Of a stretch of 39,400 nucleotides of DNA, positions 11,043 to 25,176 are shown piece after piece. The DNA is from Seison nebaliae (taxonomy: Eukaryota). The stretch lies in the NCBI GenBank assembly GCA_023231475.1, contig JALJEE010001089.1, forward strand, positions 1 through 39,400. The letters are read 5' to 3'. A model generated the notes under the pieces. The model was not told where the DNA came from, searched no databases, and was given only the letters and a program-made list of their open reading frames with translations. The position numbers were made by a program, and so were the translations under genes. Each line of letters begins with the position of its first letter. Position 1 is the first letter of the stretch.

Positions 11043-12438
11043 ATGGTGAGCGAAAATATGATTAATATTCCGGCAAAGAAACGCCGTAGAAATAGTGAGA
11101 ATCAACAACTGCAAGGACAACAGCGACAAGTGGTAGATCAAATGTTGACTAGTGAGAATGTAACATCTGAAATTGTATATTCGACGATAAAGATAACATT
11201 AAATGACATTATATTTGAGATTCAGAATGCACGAGATTGTGAAGATGTGAATGAAATAAATCGTGAACCGTATCCCGATTGCATTCTCGATCAACAGCAA
11301 CAACAACAATCAACAAGCTCGAAATCTCCTTCATCATCTTCTGTTTCATCGACATCGTCTCTAAATTGTACCTCCAAAACATCACCATTAATTGTCTCAC
11401 CTATACCTTTAATTGCTTCACCACTTGCTGTGGTTAGTGATGAAGAGAATGAAACTAGAGATTGTCATACGAATGATGATATTGATCGAATTATTGCAAC
11501 GTTGAAAAAATGTCAACTGATATCGGAACAATCGGTCAAATGGCTTTGTGTTTGCTCCAGAGATATTTTAGTTCGTGAAGGAAATATTCATTCGGTGGAT
11601 CTGCCAGTTAAAGTTTGAACATTTAGTTAATTGATCATGTTAATTCGATTGGAAAAAGGTGTGCGGTGATATTCACGGACAATTTTACGATTTAATCAAA
11701 TTATTCGAAGTGGGAGGACAAGTGGAGAACGGAGTTAAATATTTGTTCCTTGGTGATTTTGTAGATCGTGGCTGTTATTCTGTCGAAACATTTCTACTTC
11801 TCCTCGCATTCAAAGTCAAATATCCAGAACGAATTTTTCTCATTCGTGGTAATCACGAATCACGTCAAATTACTCAAGTTTATGGATTTTACGATGAATG
11901 TATGAAGAAGTATGGATCAGCGACTGTTTGGCGTTTCTGTACGGAAACATTCGACTATTTTTCTCTCGGTGCAGAAATCAATGGGAAGATTCTGTGTGTT
12001 CATGGTGGATTGTCACCCTCCATTTATACTTTGGATGATATCAGATGTATCGATAGAAAGATCGAAGTTCCACATGAAGGAGCAATGTGTGACTTATTAT
12101 GGTCGGATCCAAATGATGCTCATCCTAAATGGGATATTTCACCAAGAGGAGCTGGTTTTTTGTTTGGACGTGAAATTGTAGAATCTTTTCATCGACGAAA
12201 TGGAATTAATTTATTATGTCGAGCACATCAATTGATTATGGAAGGATATAAATGGCATTTCGATAAAATGTTATTGACGATTTGGTCCGCACCAAATTAT
12301 TGCTGCAGATGTGGAAATGAAGCAGCCATTCTAGAATTGAACAATGACGAGAATTATTCTTTCATTAAATTTCGCGAAGCAGAAAGTGAATTTCGATTTA
12401 ACAATCTGAGATATTTCGACAATGACTATTTCTTATAA
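11043..12438 (+). CDS. PPP4C: Protein phosphatase 4 catalytic subunit with an N-terminal extension (~449 aa)
   Basis: Exons 11043-11612 and 11659-12438; the 46 nt intron joins [13 protein letters not shown]. Motifs [49 protein letters not shown] and C-terminal DYFL are PP4-type. Confidence 0.95.
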
Positions 12439-12639
12439 ATAAATCATTCATTTTTCTATTTGTTGAGGACTCCATAATTGACGAATATCGTCTTATGATG
12501 TCAAGAGCAGTAAAAAAAATTTTGAAAAAATTATCTTTATCTTTAATAATGATAGAATAAAGATTTATCTTTAAATTTTTATTTTATTATTGTTATTTTA
12601 CTAATGAAAATATTAAAATAGGTTTATAAATCGATCATG

Positions 12640-13248
12640 TTATTCTGGTAATGTTTGTCCTCTTCCTGCTCCTCCGCTCTGCAGGAAAATATTCCACATT
12701 AATTTTATCTATCGTCGATTACAAATGGACTAACGAATAGTGGTTGAGATGTTCCTGGACCAACATCAGCTTTCTTATCTTGAGTTTCACGTGAGTCTTG
12801 GTAATTACCTCCTCCTCCACCACGTTCGTTCATCGATGGAAGTTCTTTTCGACAATGATAATGAAAAAATAAGATAGAAAAGAAAAGAAACTCCTCTTTT
12901 CTTTCTGGTATGGTTTTGGGACAACATCGTCAGGAAGATGAAGAAGTTCTCGAATATAATTAATTCCATCATTTGTCAATGTCCAGTAGAAATGTCTCCA
13001 TGCGAATTGTTCTTTGACATATCCCTTCGATTTCATAGACTATGAAGGAGAATGATTAAAAATTATGATTAGAGGAAAGAAATTTTGAAAGAAAATAAAA
13101 CAGTTAATGCTTTGATGACGACTAGATTAGGAATTTCTTTCAATCCTTTTGCCGTATGATTTCCTTCATATTTCTTCTCAGCTATCAATACGCCGTTTAG
13201 AAACAGTTCTTGATAGATCTGCTTTCTTACTGATTTGTCGATCAACAT
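12640..13248 (-). CDS. RPS10: 40S ribosomal protein S10 (eS10), 147 aa, 4 exons
   Basis: Exons 13248-13102, 13039-12892, 12844-12735, 12678-12640. Reads [79 protein letters not shown]. Confidence 0.96.
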
Positions 13249-13508
13249 TATAAATCTGAGAATAAAAAAAGTATAATTTGTATTATAATGAAATTATTGA
13301 GATTTTGATATATGAAAAGATACAAATGAATTTAAGGGATATAAATAAGAGCGACATCTTCCACGGGAAACTGTTGTTGTTTAGCCAAACATTTGAATAT
13401 TATTCGAAATAAAAATTTGACATTTTTTATATCATATCGTCCAAAAAGGGATTATTTGAAAATTGAAAGATTTTTTATAGATGAAAACATCTCGTTTGGA
13501 ACACGAAA
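13249..13508. promoter_or_regulatory. Short bidirectional promoter region shared by RPS10 and USP39
   Basis: Divergent start codons only 260 bp apart. Confidence 0.6.
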
Positions 13509-15378
13509 ATGAAACGACAAGTTGTTCAGCATGTAAATGGTGATAAACGATTAAAACAAACTGAACAATCGAATTGTGGAAGAGAAGTAAATGATAGTGA
13601 TACATTAATAATTGAATCAGAACGTTTCGAAGTGAATGAAAAGAAGAATGATAGAACGATTGATGTGCTATCGAGCAGTGAAACGGATGAAAGAGGAAGA
13701 AATTGTCCATACCTCGATACGGTGGAAAGGAAAGTTTTGGATTTCGATTTTGAGAAGTTATGCAGCGTGACATTGTCAAATCAAAATGTTTATTGTTGTT
13801 TGGTTTGTGGAAGATATTTCCAAGGAAGAGGCATTCGTTCACCTGCTTATCAGCACAGTATTCAGATTTATCATTATGTTTATTTGAATTTAGAGACGTT
13901 GAAATTTTATTGTTTACCTGAAAATTATGAAATAATTGATTCAAGTCTCGATGATATTCAATATCAATTAAATCCAATATTTAACGACGAAACTATCCGA
14001 TATGTATCAACCATCGTTCACGATATTCGAGCACATGATGGAAAGTATTATTTACCTTCAGTTGTAGGTTTGAACAATATCAAATCGAATGATTACGCTA
14101 ATGTTGTTCTTCACGCTCTATGTCAAACAGTTCCATTACGTAATTATTTTTTGAAAGAAGAAAATTATCGTCAATTTATAACACCAAAATCATTGAATCA
14201 TAATTCAATAGTGGACCCTATCAAAGAGAATTTCATAAAGAAATCCTACAACATCAGTTCACTTCATTTATTACCAAAAAGATTAGGAGAATTAATGAGG
14301 AAAATGTGGAATCCCCGAAATTTTAGAACTCATGTCTCTCCACATGAAATGCTACAAGTCATTTCCCTTGTCAGTAACAAACAATTCCAAATCACAAAAC
14401 AAAACGATCCACAACAATTAATGACTTGGTTGTTGAATGCACTTCACGTTTCATTAGGCGGTTCAATAAATGGAAAGAAGTCCACAATTATCACCGAGAT
14501 GTTCCGAGGCAAAATTAAAATTTATTCCAAGAAAATTCCACCTGCATCACTTGTCAGTTATTTTCCATGTGTAACTTTGGATAATTTTTCCAAAATTTTC
14601 CTTTTTAGAATCAGAAGGATGTCGAAAAATATCACCATTTATCTGAATATCAAGGTACTTTTTATTCTCATTTCAAATTTATAATTTTTTTTAATCTCAA
14701 GAAACAATTTCCACCGTTCCATTTTTTTGTTTGACGCTCAATCTGCCATCTGGTCTTATGTATCGAAATGAATGGAAAGATGATATTATTCCACAAGTTC
14801 TACAATTTCACTAATAGTTTAATGAACTTCCTCTGTGTTAGATTCCTTTGTTCAATATACTAAAGAAATATGATGGTCAAACTGAAACGGAATTTAAGAC
14901 ACACGAAGAGAATTTTATTAAAAAATATGAAATCCTTCATTTACCCAAATATCTAATTCTGTATTATGAGGTTTAACTATTCAAAAATTTCTAATAATTT
15001 AATATTTTATCAGAGATTTACAAAGAACAATTTTTTCGTGGAGAAAAATCCAACAATCGTCAATTTTAAGATAAAGTTCATTTAATATTTTCTTTCAACA
15101 ACATCAATTGGACAATCATTTTAAGAGACGTCGATTTTCGAGAACTGCTTAATGATGAGAATTTAACAAAAACCAAAAATACTCGATATAACTTATTGGC
15201 AAATATCGTACATGACGGAGACTTGGAGAACGGAAGTTATCGAATCTATATCCATCATAAGTCGACGGACGAATGGTACGAGATTCAGGATCTTCATTTT
15301 CGAAAAGCTCTGCCTGAAATAATTACACTGAGTGAGTGTTACATACAGATATGGGAACAAATCAATGATAACAAATAG
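13509..15378 (+). CDS. USP39: U4/U6.U5 tri-snRNP protein USP39/Sad1, ~542 aa, 6 exons
   Basis: Exons 13509-14552, 14609-14654, 14702-14796, 14842-14970, 15014-15075, 15126-15378. ZnF-UBP segment CPYLDTVERKVLDFDFEKLCSVTLS; inactive USP box VGLNNIKSNDYANV; RFTKNNFFVEKNPTIVNF; ends LSECYIQIWE. Confidence 0.96.
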
Positions 15379-15494
15379 TTTCTTGATATTTTTTAATTTA
15401 TTTTCAATAAAAATAAAAACATTTTGAAGAATAATTTTTACCTCCAATTCAATTGAAGAACAAAAAGAGTTCTATATAAAATCTAACGACAAGA

Positions 15495-15521
15495 AATAAT
15501 AATAATAATAATAATAATAAT
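15495..15521. repeat. (AAT)9 microsatellite
   Basis: Directly visible. Confidence 0.9.
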
Positions 15522-16041
15522 CGTCATCATAAAAACAAGTGGAAACGAAACGGATTTCATTAGAAAGTGTCGATTGACGTAAAGAATATACAAACATCTC
15601 ATCCGAAATGAGCGGAGATGAACGTCTACCTGTGCATATGTCCTTTTCTTCTTCTATTTCTTATCTAATGAATTTTTATGTCTGTGATTTGATGAGGAAC
15701 GTAAAAAATGTTTCAATTTGATAAGAATCTAATAAGAAAAAGGAAAAGAATCAATTAATTGGAATCGGCAAATTAATTGCTTTTACTATATTTTTTATCT
15801 TTTCTTTTGGATTAATCGTCTCATGTCTAAACTGTGTTCGAGAGGAATACGATAGAAAATTTGTTTTTAGGCGAGTTATAATAACAAAGTTAAATAATAT
15901 GTTGTATGAATTAACAGAAAACTATTACGGAACCATTTGAAAAGAAATGATCGTGCTACTTACTCGTGTTCGAGTTGGTTGATTTGGTGAAGATAGATAA
16001 GAAAGGAAATGTAAATGAACGATAAATAAAGTCACCGAGCG

Positions 16042-19000
16042 TCAATTGTATAAATAAGATCCCTCGTCTTCTCCATAGCAACGAGAGAAAAAAGGTGGAA
16101 TTAGGTCACTGGGCAGTGATGGGTAAGTGATGTCACTCTCAATAGAATAACCGGAGCGATGATAATTGACATTACTATCATCGACGAATTGATGATCGTT
16201 TGCTGAGTTGGTAAGTATATTGCTGAATGTGGTATTGTTGGATGTAGTAAGGAGACCTTTCGATTCTAAATGTAAATAGTCACTTGGGAATAATGATGAA
16301 GTGGAAAGTGTATCAAATAATTCATAATTTGTTGTATTTTCTTTGCATATGGTCGAATTGTCATTATCGGTCGAAGAATTATTAATGAAATTATTATTGT
16401 GAGAAGTGACGGTAGAAGATACATGAGTCGATGGAAAAAATGTAGATAGGTCAATCGAGGATGTTGAAGACAATGGTGGTTGTTCAGTTGATGATGGTGA
16501 TGGTGATGTTACCGACGTTAAATTTTTAGTGGAACTATTCGTTCCATTAACTTCAATTTTTTTTGTATTCATTTCAGATTGTGGGAGAGATGTTGTTGGT
16601 GATGGTGTTATGAGAATTATTGGAATAGAATTATCATTATTCTCATTATTATTCTGTTGTGTATTTGTCGAATAAAATTGATCAACAGCGTTAATTTCAA
16701 TGTGATTGCTTAGAAAGTCATCTGCATCTTTCTGTTGTTGTTGTTGCGATGATTCTTCAATATGATCATTCTCCAAATAATAATTATTTAGTGTTCGTTT
16801 CTTTGACATCGATGGAAAGGATGAGATTACCATAGATGAAGATGTTGATGATAAAATGTTGTTTTCATTTTGGTTCGGTATTATTTTTCCTTTTTCTAAA
16901 TCCTCTGTACTTTTAATGACTTCTATCGAATCTTCTGAATTATTCGAATTGGCATTTGCATGTAAACGTCGAATCATTGATAATGAATTACCCGACTTAT
17001 TCATCGTACCGTGAGCAGTCTTATTGAAACAATAGTCGGATCGAGCACATCCAAATAAATTGACGACGACAACAGGCGATAATGCAACATTTGTTGCTAA
17101 TTCATCAGACAACTGATTTGTTGAATGATTGAATGATAATCTTCGATCATTGATTTTGGTCGAATTAGTTTGTGTGGATAAGTCGAGAAATTCTGGAAAA
17201 TTGTTTATTTTCTCTTCATTTAATGTTCGTTTCAAATGAATGACAGGTCGCATGTCCAACATATCATCCTTCGTTAACACTTTTCCACTATCAATCGAAT
17301 CCATTTCATAATCATCGAACAATTTCTCCGACGTTACCCAATTATTCAACGAGTGATTAAATCGCTTCTCTGAATTAGACCGAATTAGAATTTCTTCATT
17401 CGCCAACGAATCCTTCTTCTTTTGGAAATGAATCGAATGAAATTTCTCATTTTTCATTTGACTGTTTTTGTTTAGAATATTACTAATATCTCTATCGATT
17501 TTCGTATCGTTCTTATTTGTTATAATGAGATCGATGGAATCAGGGTGTACGTTCCGGACGTGCTGATTTACCAATTTCTCCGAATTAAAAAATACTCCAC
17601 ATTTATCCACCGGACAATTGATAACATTGACACCTTGATGAACATTAGTTTGGTGGCGAAGCAAAGAATTGTTCCCCGTAAATTTTTCAAAACAAATCTT
17701 ACAAATTATATCTTTACTTCTCTGATGAACAGTATTTTCATGATCGACCAAATGATCTTTTCTATTAAACGTCTTCCCACAAGTCAAACAAATGAATGAA
17801 TTGTGTTTGGCATGAACTGTTCGTTGATGTCGATTGAGTTGACTACCAGAAAGGAAATAATTGAAATGTTCACAATTCTTACATTCATGCATCGTCAACT
17901 CATGAACTTTGTTAATGTGATTGCTTAATAATTGTTTTGTCAAGAAAGTTTCTTTATCACATTTTCGACAGATAAACCTATCTCTCTCTAAATTCATTTC
18001 CAATTCTTCATCCTCCATTACAAATTCATCTGTCTTAATTTTATCATAATTCTCCTTTTTATTCTTATTGTGATTATTATTATCATTTATCAGCATCCAA
18101 TTCTCCTGATTGAATATTAATTTAGTATTTGAATCATCTATCAACATTCGATCAGTTGTATCTCTAGTCATCATCATATTTTGACAAGAATCGTCCTCCG
18201 TATTCGATAACTGGAAATTATCAATATCTCCTTCCAAATCATAATGGGAAGAATTGGATGTGTTCAACGTTTGATTATTAAACGTCTGTTCTACTGGATT
18301 AAGAAAGACTTTTTTGGAATTTAAATCTAAATATTCGGACCCATTTACCGTCTCCATTTTATTCAACGATGTTGTGGATGATACTAATGATTTGTAAGTA
18401 GATGAACTACATCTATCAACATTATCCAAATCAATCGGCATATCGTCATCATCATGGAGCGGTTTGACTGATTCATCATCTAAATCGTAGAAACGGAAAT
18501 TCTCTCCAAAATTATAACGTTTTTGATGATCCTTCCCCAATTGAATTGTTGAAGGTGAACAACGGTAAGTGGGAGAGGAATGGAGAGAAGCACACTTATT
18601 ACGATTTTTGGAGATATCATTACTCAATTTCTTTCCAATAAATATATCATCGAGACAAGAAGTGTTGAATGTCGTGTCATCGAATGAGGTGGTAGAAAGA
18701 TCAGTATTGGAAATGGAGGAGATAGCTCTCGTCGCTAACAATGTTAGACGACCATCATTAATCAATTTTTGTTTATGCGCTTCCTCTTCCGAAATGTTGA
18801 GTCTTGAAGATAATGAGAAATAAGTAAAAAGATTTCGTTGAGCATTATCTCTATCCGTTTGTTCTTCGTCACTCTTTGTTTCGGGTGATGTTATTACAGT
18901 TGATTTTTGGTTAATATCCATCCCTGTTGATTTGGGAGAAAGAGAAGAAGATTTTTGGTAGAATTTTGATCTAGCATCAACAACATCTTGAAAGGAATTC

Positions 19001-20798
19001 ATATTACTAAAATTATTGTTCTTACTACTACTACTATTATTGTAAATATTCCTGTTGATGTTATTGTGGTTTTTGTTGAAATTATTTCCAATTTGTGTTT
19101 GTATTTGAGTATTATTAACTGGTAAGGGTTTCCTACAATGACTTTGAGGAAAATTAACTAATTTTAAATTATTTTGTTTGTTGCCATGGTTTATTGGAGA
19201 CATGTATTCATAAGAATCAGTTCTTCTACTTATCATATTCTGTCTCTTCAATTTCGATAAGTTTATTAATGAATCCTTTTCCATTGGAATTATTCTTGGA
19301 TTCTGATAATTAAGAAATTGATGATTTGAATATTCGCGATATTCATTATTTGTCTGATGTGCTGGTGGTGATTGTGATGATATTGATGAATTATTATATC
19401 GATCAGATGATCCGTTCGAATCTCTTCTTTCACCATCTTTATGATATCGTCGATGTGTTTGCATACGTTGTTCACTGAAAAATTTCCTGTCGCATCCTTC
19501 GTAAGTACACTTGACAACACGACCATCTTTCCCATGAACACTGATCATATGAGCTTCTCTCGCTTTATCGGTACAGAAACTCATGGGACCGTTATAAGTT
19601 CCATCAATGTTCTGCGTCGGCAAATTTCGTATATTCTTCTCGTCATTGAGAAGTTCTTGAAATTCCTTAAGAAATCGCGAGTTCTTCCGAAGTTCGTTAG
19701 GCATTCCTCTTAAATCTTTATCGTGTGCATTACCAGAAGAATATTTCACTGTGCACAATTTGCATACGATTCCTTTCGAGATACTTTTCAATAGATGTTG
19801 CTTCAAATTATACAGTGTAGCAAACGATGATTCACAACCATTGATTGGACACTAATATATAAATGATTAAATAAAGTCTGAAATTTTTATTAATCTATTA
19901 AAAATCAACCTTATATTGTTTGGTATGATTATGGTGACTATTCTGATGAGCAGTTAATTTTCCGCGATTCGAAAATGACCATTCACATCCCTTTTCTGGA
20001 CACTGGAAGTAGAAGACGAAGAGACGATGGAGGAAATTATGAAATGAATAAAGAATAACCTTGTGCACATTAACCTCCATATGTGTCGACATATGACCTT
20101 TGAGATCGTACTTCTTTGTAAAAGACATGTTACAAGCGACGCATATCAAATTATTGGACGTAACAATCTGATAGGAGTTTTTTTTAAATAAATATATAAA
20201 TATGAGGAAATTACTAAACATTTTTTTGATAATTATTATGGTTGTTATTGTTCTTCTTGTTGTTATTATTATTGTTCATATCATCTATATGATGTGGAAG
20301 GATATGGTTTGATCGAATCGTCGATTTATTGGAACTAAAAAAAATTGGCATGGAAGATGGTGGTTGATTGCGCACGTTCTCATTGGAATTTTGTTGCACA
20401 TACGATTCATATCGATTCCAGTCATTCTCATCACTTGTCGTTCCACAAATTTGTTGATGATGATCGTTCGTCGTATAAACGGATGTCGGATGATGATTTT
20501 GAAATGATCCATTGTTGTTTGGTCTTAATCGAGTTGGTGTTTCGACAAGCGTTCGCTGATTCAACAAATTCCCATTATGATTATCGTTTGACAATTGTAC
20601 ATTGCATCGATTTTCGGTATGATGAGAAAAAACATCGGCAGACGATGAATCATGAAAGTTGGAGAGAGGTGTCGAATTGAAATAGTTCGAAGGTTTTTCG
20701 AATATTAAATTATTCCGATACATTGATTCGCGGTTCAACGATGTTTGTCGTATGATATCGTCTGGTGTATATTTTCTTCCTTTATTCTCAATGCACAT
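16042..20798 (-). CDS. Large C2H2 zinc-finger transcription factor, first fingers ZXD-like (~1529 aa)
   Basis: Exons 20798-20220, 20167-20060, 20002-19910, 19851-16042. N-terminal fingers CVAC..FTKKYDLKGHMSTH, CPEKGCEWSF..KLTAHQNSH and CPINGCESSFATLYNLKQH resemble ZXDA/B/C fingers 1-3 as I recall them. A second cluster of five fingers lies at ~17550-17975, within N/S-rich low-complexity sequence. The 5' end is uncertain. Confidence 0.85.
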
Positions 20799-23700
20799 AT
20801 CTTTCTAATAAATCATTTCTATTCATAAACAATTAAATTGAAAAATGACCATTACACATTATTTCGCTCCCTCGATGATTTCCAAATAAGAAAAATAATT
20901 CTCTAACTCGTAAAAGTAAACTCGTAAGTTAAGTTAATCGTTGATAAATTTTTAAACCTCCTTCAGAACATTTCATATCATCAATCAATATGAACACTTA
21001 CCCATAAAACGTTCAACGATGAGACTCTCGAAATTCACACGAAAACTTTTTTCATTTATTGGACGATTATAATAGATGTCTTCATCCTTCCACTATCTAC
21101 ATACGTCTAATAAGAATAACAACAATAATAAGACGAAAAATAACAGTGAAATAAGTGCTACTCCATATATGATGAATGATAATGCATCACCAGTATCAGG
21201 ATTCATTGAAAAAAATAAAACGAACAAATATTTGATTGATTTTGCGCAAAATAATCATGATAATATTTATTTTAAATTAATCTCTTACATTTCTCTTTCT
21301 TCTTCAAAATGAACATAAGAAATACTTTAGATAATGAGATACAGATATGTCCAACTTATTTTTATATTCTCCTTTATAAATGTCGATTAGGAAAGGAATA
21401 TGATTAAATGAAATTAAAGTTTATTCTCATCAATTAGAATAAATTTCTTTTTCATATATTTTCAATTACGGTCCTTCATATGTGAGTGTAATGGGAATGA
21501 GCATATAAATCTTCATATTATAAATTATTATGATTAAATTAGTAGATATTAAAAATGAACGGAAGTCGAAAATAAAAAGAAAGAAGATAGGAGAATAATT
21601 GTTGGAAAAGATATGGTTGGGGTTGTATAGCAATTTTCATCGATATCTCCTGCTCTAATCAACAGACGAATATGGATTGTCTTTCCACAACGATTAATAA
21701 ACATTCTTCGTAATGGATAGCAGATATCGAGTCGATCCTCCAATGTGCATGTACATTAGTTCTACGAAATGAAATTTTCTTCTTCGTTCGAATTACTCAA
21801 TCAACTAATCACAAACAAGGAGAGGAAAAGAAATCTCTGTTAATCTATTTACATTCGACTCCAGTAGTCGATCGACAGAATAAATAAATAATAAGTGATG
21901 CATTCACAATTCTGTAACAATGTAAGAGTGGATCGGTCGATCACTCATCTCCTCTCCCCCCTCAAAAACGAACAAATAATTGAATATGAATAATAGATGA
22001 TAGATAGGAAGGGTAGAAAGATAAATTTAAGAATTTAGAAAAAACTTATTTCCATTGCTATTCCGGAATGACGATCGATGTTAGACATATAACTGGCTAA
22101 TAATCATCGATAGCTTAGTTTTATGTTGTTCATAAGAATATTATTGATTTTAGATCGACTACTATTGAAAGGAATGTGTAAATGAAAATAATGAAGAAGA
22201 GCGATAGAGAATGAATTATTGAAGATAAATTTAACAATTATTTTCATCAATTATTCTCATAATTTCTATCAACAGAAAAAATATTATCCTTCTCTCATCA
22301 ACTTCACTATTCTTTCCATCTATTGACTCATTCCTAACCATATTCAAATCGAACGATCATTTCACAACAACACTAAACAATATCTCGGTTGTCATTCTCT
22401 ATTAACAGTGTAAGATTTTGAGTGCAAAAACAAATACCATCTCTTCGGTGAGGAGAGGGAGGTGCTATCATTTGGAAGAGGAAGAATTTGAATGATTCTC
22501 TAATAATTTCTTTTCTTATCCTCGAAAAATATGCTTGAAGTATTCATTTACGTTCAACATAAAACGAAAAAGGTAAATCATCGTTTCCAAGTTTACGGAT
22601 TGAAAGAATTCTCTCTCGAACTCTCCGACATCCGTATCGTGAACAATTAACTCTTATAAAAATTCGAATAGTTGTTCCCTTATCACTCAATTGCCCTTTC
22701 GTCTATTTAACTTTTCTCCCAGTCAATTCCAATTCGACACTTATATAATTCCTTAAAATGTACACAGAATGTATATGATCTTATATATATATATACATAT
22801 CTGTCTACATATATGAATTGTTACTACGTCAATCATTTCAACTAATTCACCAACATTTCTCCATTTCACAAAACTTTTGCAAATCTACAATAACACTCTC
22901 CACAACCGATTATACATTTTCACAATTATGAGTACGGATATACCAACAAGTTAAAGAAGAATCCAGCATTCTAAACTTTATACATTTCACACTGCTAATT
23001 TGACATTTGCCCACGTTATTAGAGGTTGGTTTGCGTGAATAGACGAATAAGTGTGAAAGTCCGATATTTTAAGGCTTAACATTCAGGTCTTTCTAACGTC
23101 AAATCCTTCGGAGAAACGTTGAATACGAATATATATTGGATTACTTAATTAATCGATTACATTATAAAATTTATAAATATAAAGTGATTAATTGCTTGTC
23201 TCTCCTCTCCTATCAATTCAACTTTTCTACGTAACAATGACCATTATCATGTCATTAATTTATAGGACAACCATTCACTCAACATTACAAAGATATGGGA
23301 TAACATATATATGAGTAGCATAATATCTTACTATTCGCAATAGAGGACACTTTTCGTCTTTTAAACTTGCTGTATTTCCAATCTCCTTCCGAATAAGAGA
23401 GAATTTTCAATAATTTAGTTGTGACATACATCGTTCTAACAAATGATTCTGCATGTAAAACATTCGAATGAACTTACTTGATTTGTATGCAGGAAGAAAT
23501 AGGGTTTGTAAACGAATTAATAAGAAAGAACGACAGGATGGAAAATCTTACAAAGGATATTAGAATCTATATTGTAGATTCTATACAATTCCAGTAGAAA
23601 GACGTTGAGGAATTAAGAGAAATAATAATCATAAATCGTTATTCGTCAACTTCCTTTCAATAAATTACTCAAAATTCTTATGATCGTCAACGATGCATAA

Positions 23701-25176
23701 TTGACATGAAAGAAATTAATAGTAATTGTTTATATAATCATCTTGTTGGCAAATGCACTCCAATCTCAACCCACTACAACTTTCCAATGAAATTGTGAGT
23801 CATTCATTATTCCACTTTAATCGTTAACAAAAGAGAGAGAAAGAGAGTAAGTTACATAACTGGAGAATTTTTCTGATAAATAAAGTTTAATTCATTCGTT
23901 GAAGAATTTATTATATTTTCACCATAACACTCTGTGCATAATACATGCACCAACTGATGAATAGAGAGGACAATATAATTATATTTATCTATGGTTCACA
24001 TTCTTCGTATAATCTTCAATAATAGTGTCTTGATCTCCATCTTCTTCGAACGGAGTGGACATTGACAAGTAGACCCAGTTCATTCGGCCCACCAACCTTA
24101 CGATGACTTCATGGTCGATATGTACATGACTGTCTTACCTATTATACTACATCCAACAAATATCACATGCACAATAATCATTGTACATACACCTCAAAAT
24201 AACGACATCTATTCATCTTACTCGCCTTCACTGTTACACATACAAGAATTACGTAATGATATGGTCAAACTCAATTTTTTGTATAAAAACCAACACGTGG
24301 AAATTAAGGAGAGAACGTAAGCATTGTTAAAGTATACGTCATAAATGTTAATAAAAAATTCTCCTATCATATAGACACATCAGAGACCGATCACGAGATG
24401 TAGAAATTATATAGAGTAGAAGTGGACATGGAGTAAATTCTCTCCAAAATAAAGTATTAGGATCATCGTTTTTACTAACAAGTTTTCAATGTTTTTGATC
24501 ACAACTCTTAAATAAAAATGCATATTCATTTCAATATATTTCTTCTAATCTAATCTCTACCAAGATCTTATTCAATTGATCTTTGTCGAACTGATCTCGA
24601 ATGATCATGGAAGTTAACTATTGGATTTTTATTACCGGATGAATTTTTGGTAGAAACTAACAAAGTTTAAATTGTACTTATGAAATGATTTGTAGGATAA
24701 TATCAGAACAAAATTATTTAACAAATGACGAATAACTAGTTGACTTGGACTTCTCCCAATAGGAGAAAGAGAAAGATATTAATATTGGGAGACTAACATG
24801 AAAATTGAATGAAATTGAATCTTCTTCTTTAGGCGATGTGAAGAGAACAATATAATTCGAATATTTCATCTTAAATATCATAATATGTCTCCCTCAATCA
24901 TTGGTAATTAAAAGAGAACAGTTTTGTTAGATTGACCTTTCCATCCACGATTTTTCATTTGTTGAGCTTATCTTACGAAGGGTAGACTTCGTTCCATCAA
25001 TTCCAAAGACACTAAATTAAAGAAAGTTGTTTTTCTCCTACAAACTACTCACCAATACACTAGAGAAGGGCGATGAGACGCTATTTGAACGAAATGAACT
25101 TTCTTCTCATTTCGAAAATTTGAATTTTTCCTTTCTCTTTAGTTTGTCTCACCTGAGAGTTAACACGAAGCAAGTG

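Noticed and set aside
13432..13977. 181 aa minus-strand ORF
   Set aside because: Antisense to conserved USP39 exon 1; TTG start; no motifs.
21076..24320. Short ORFs at 21076, 21549 and 24111
   Set aside because: Low complexity or short, with no homology cues or convincing exon chains.
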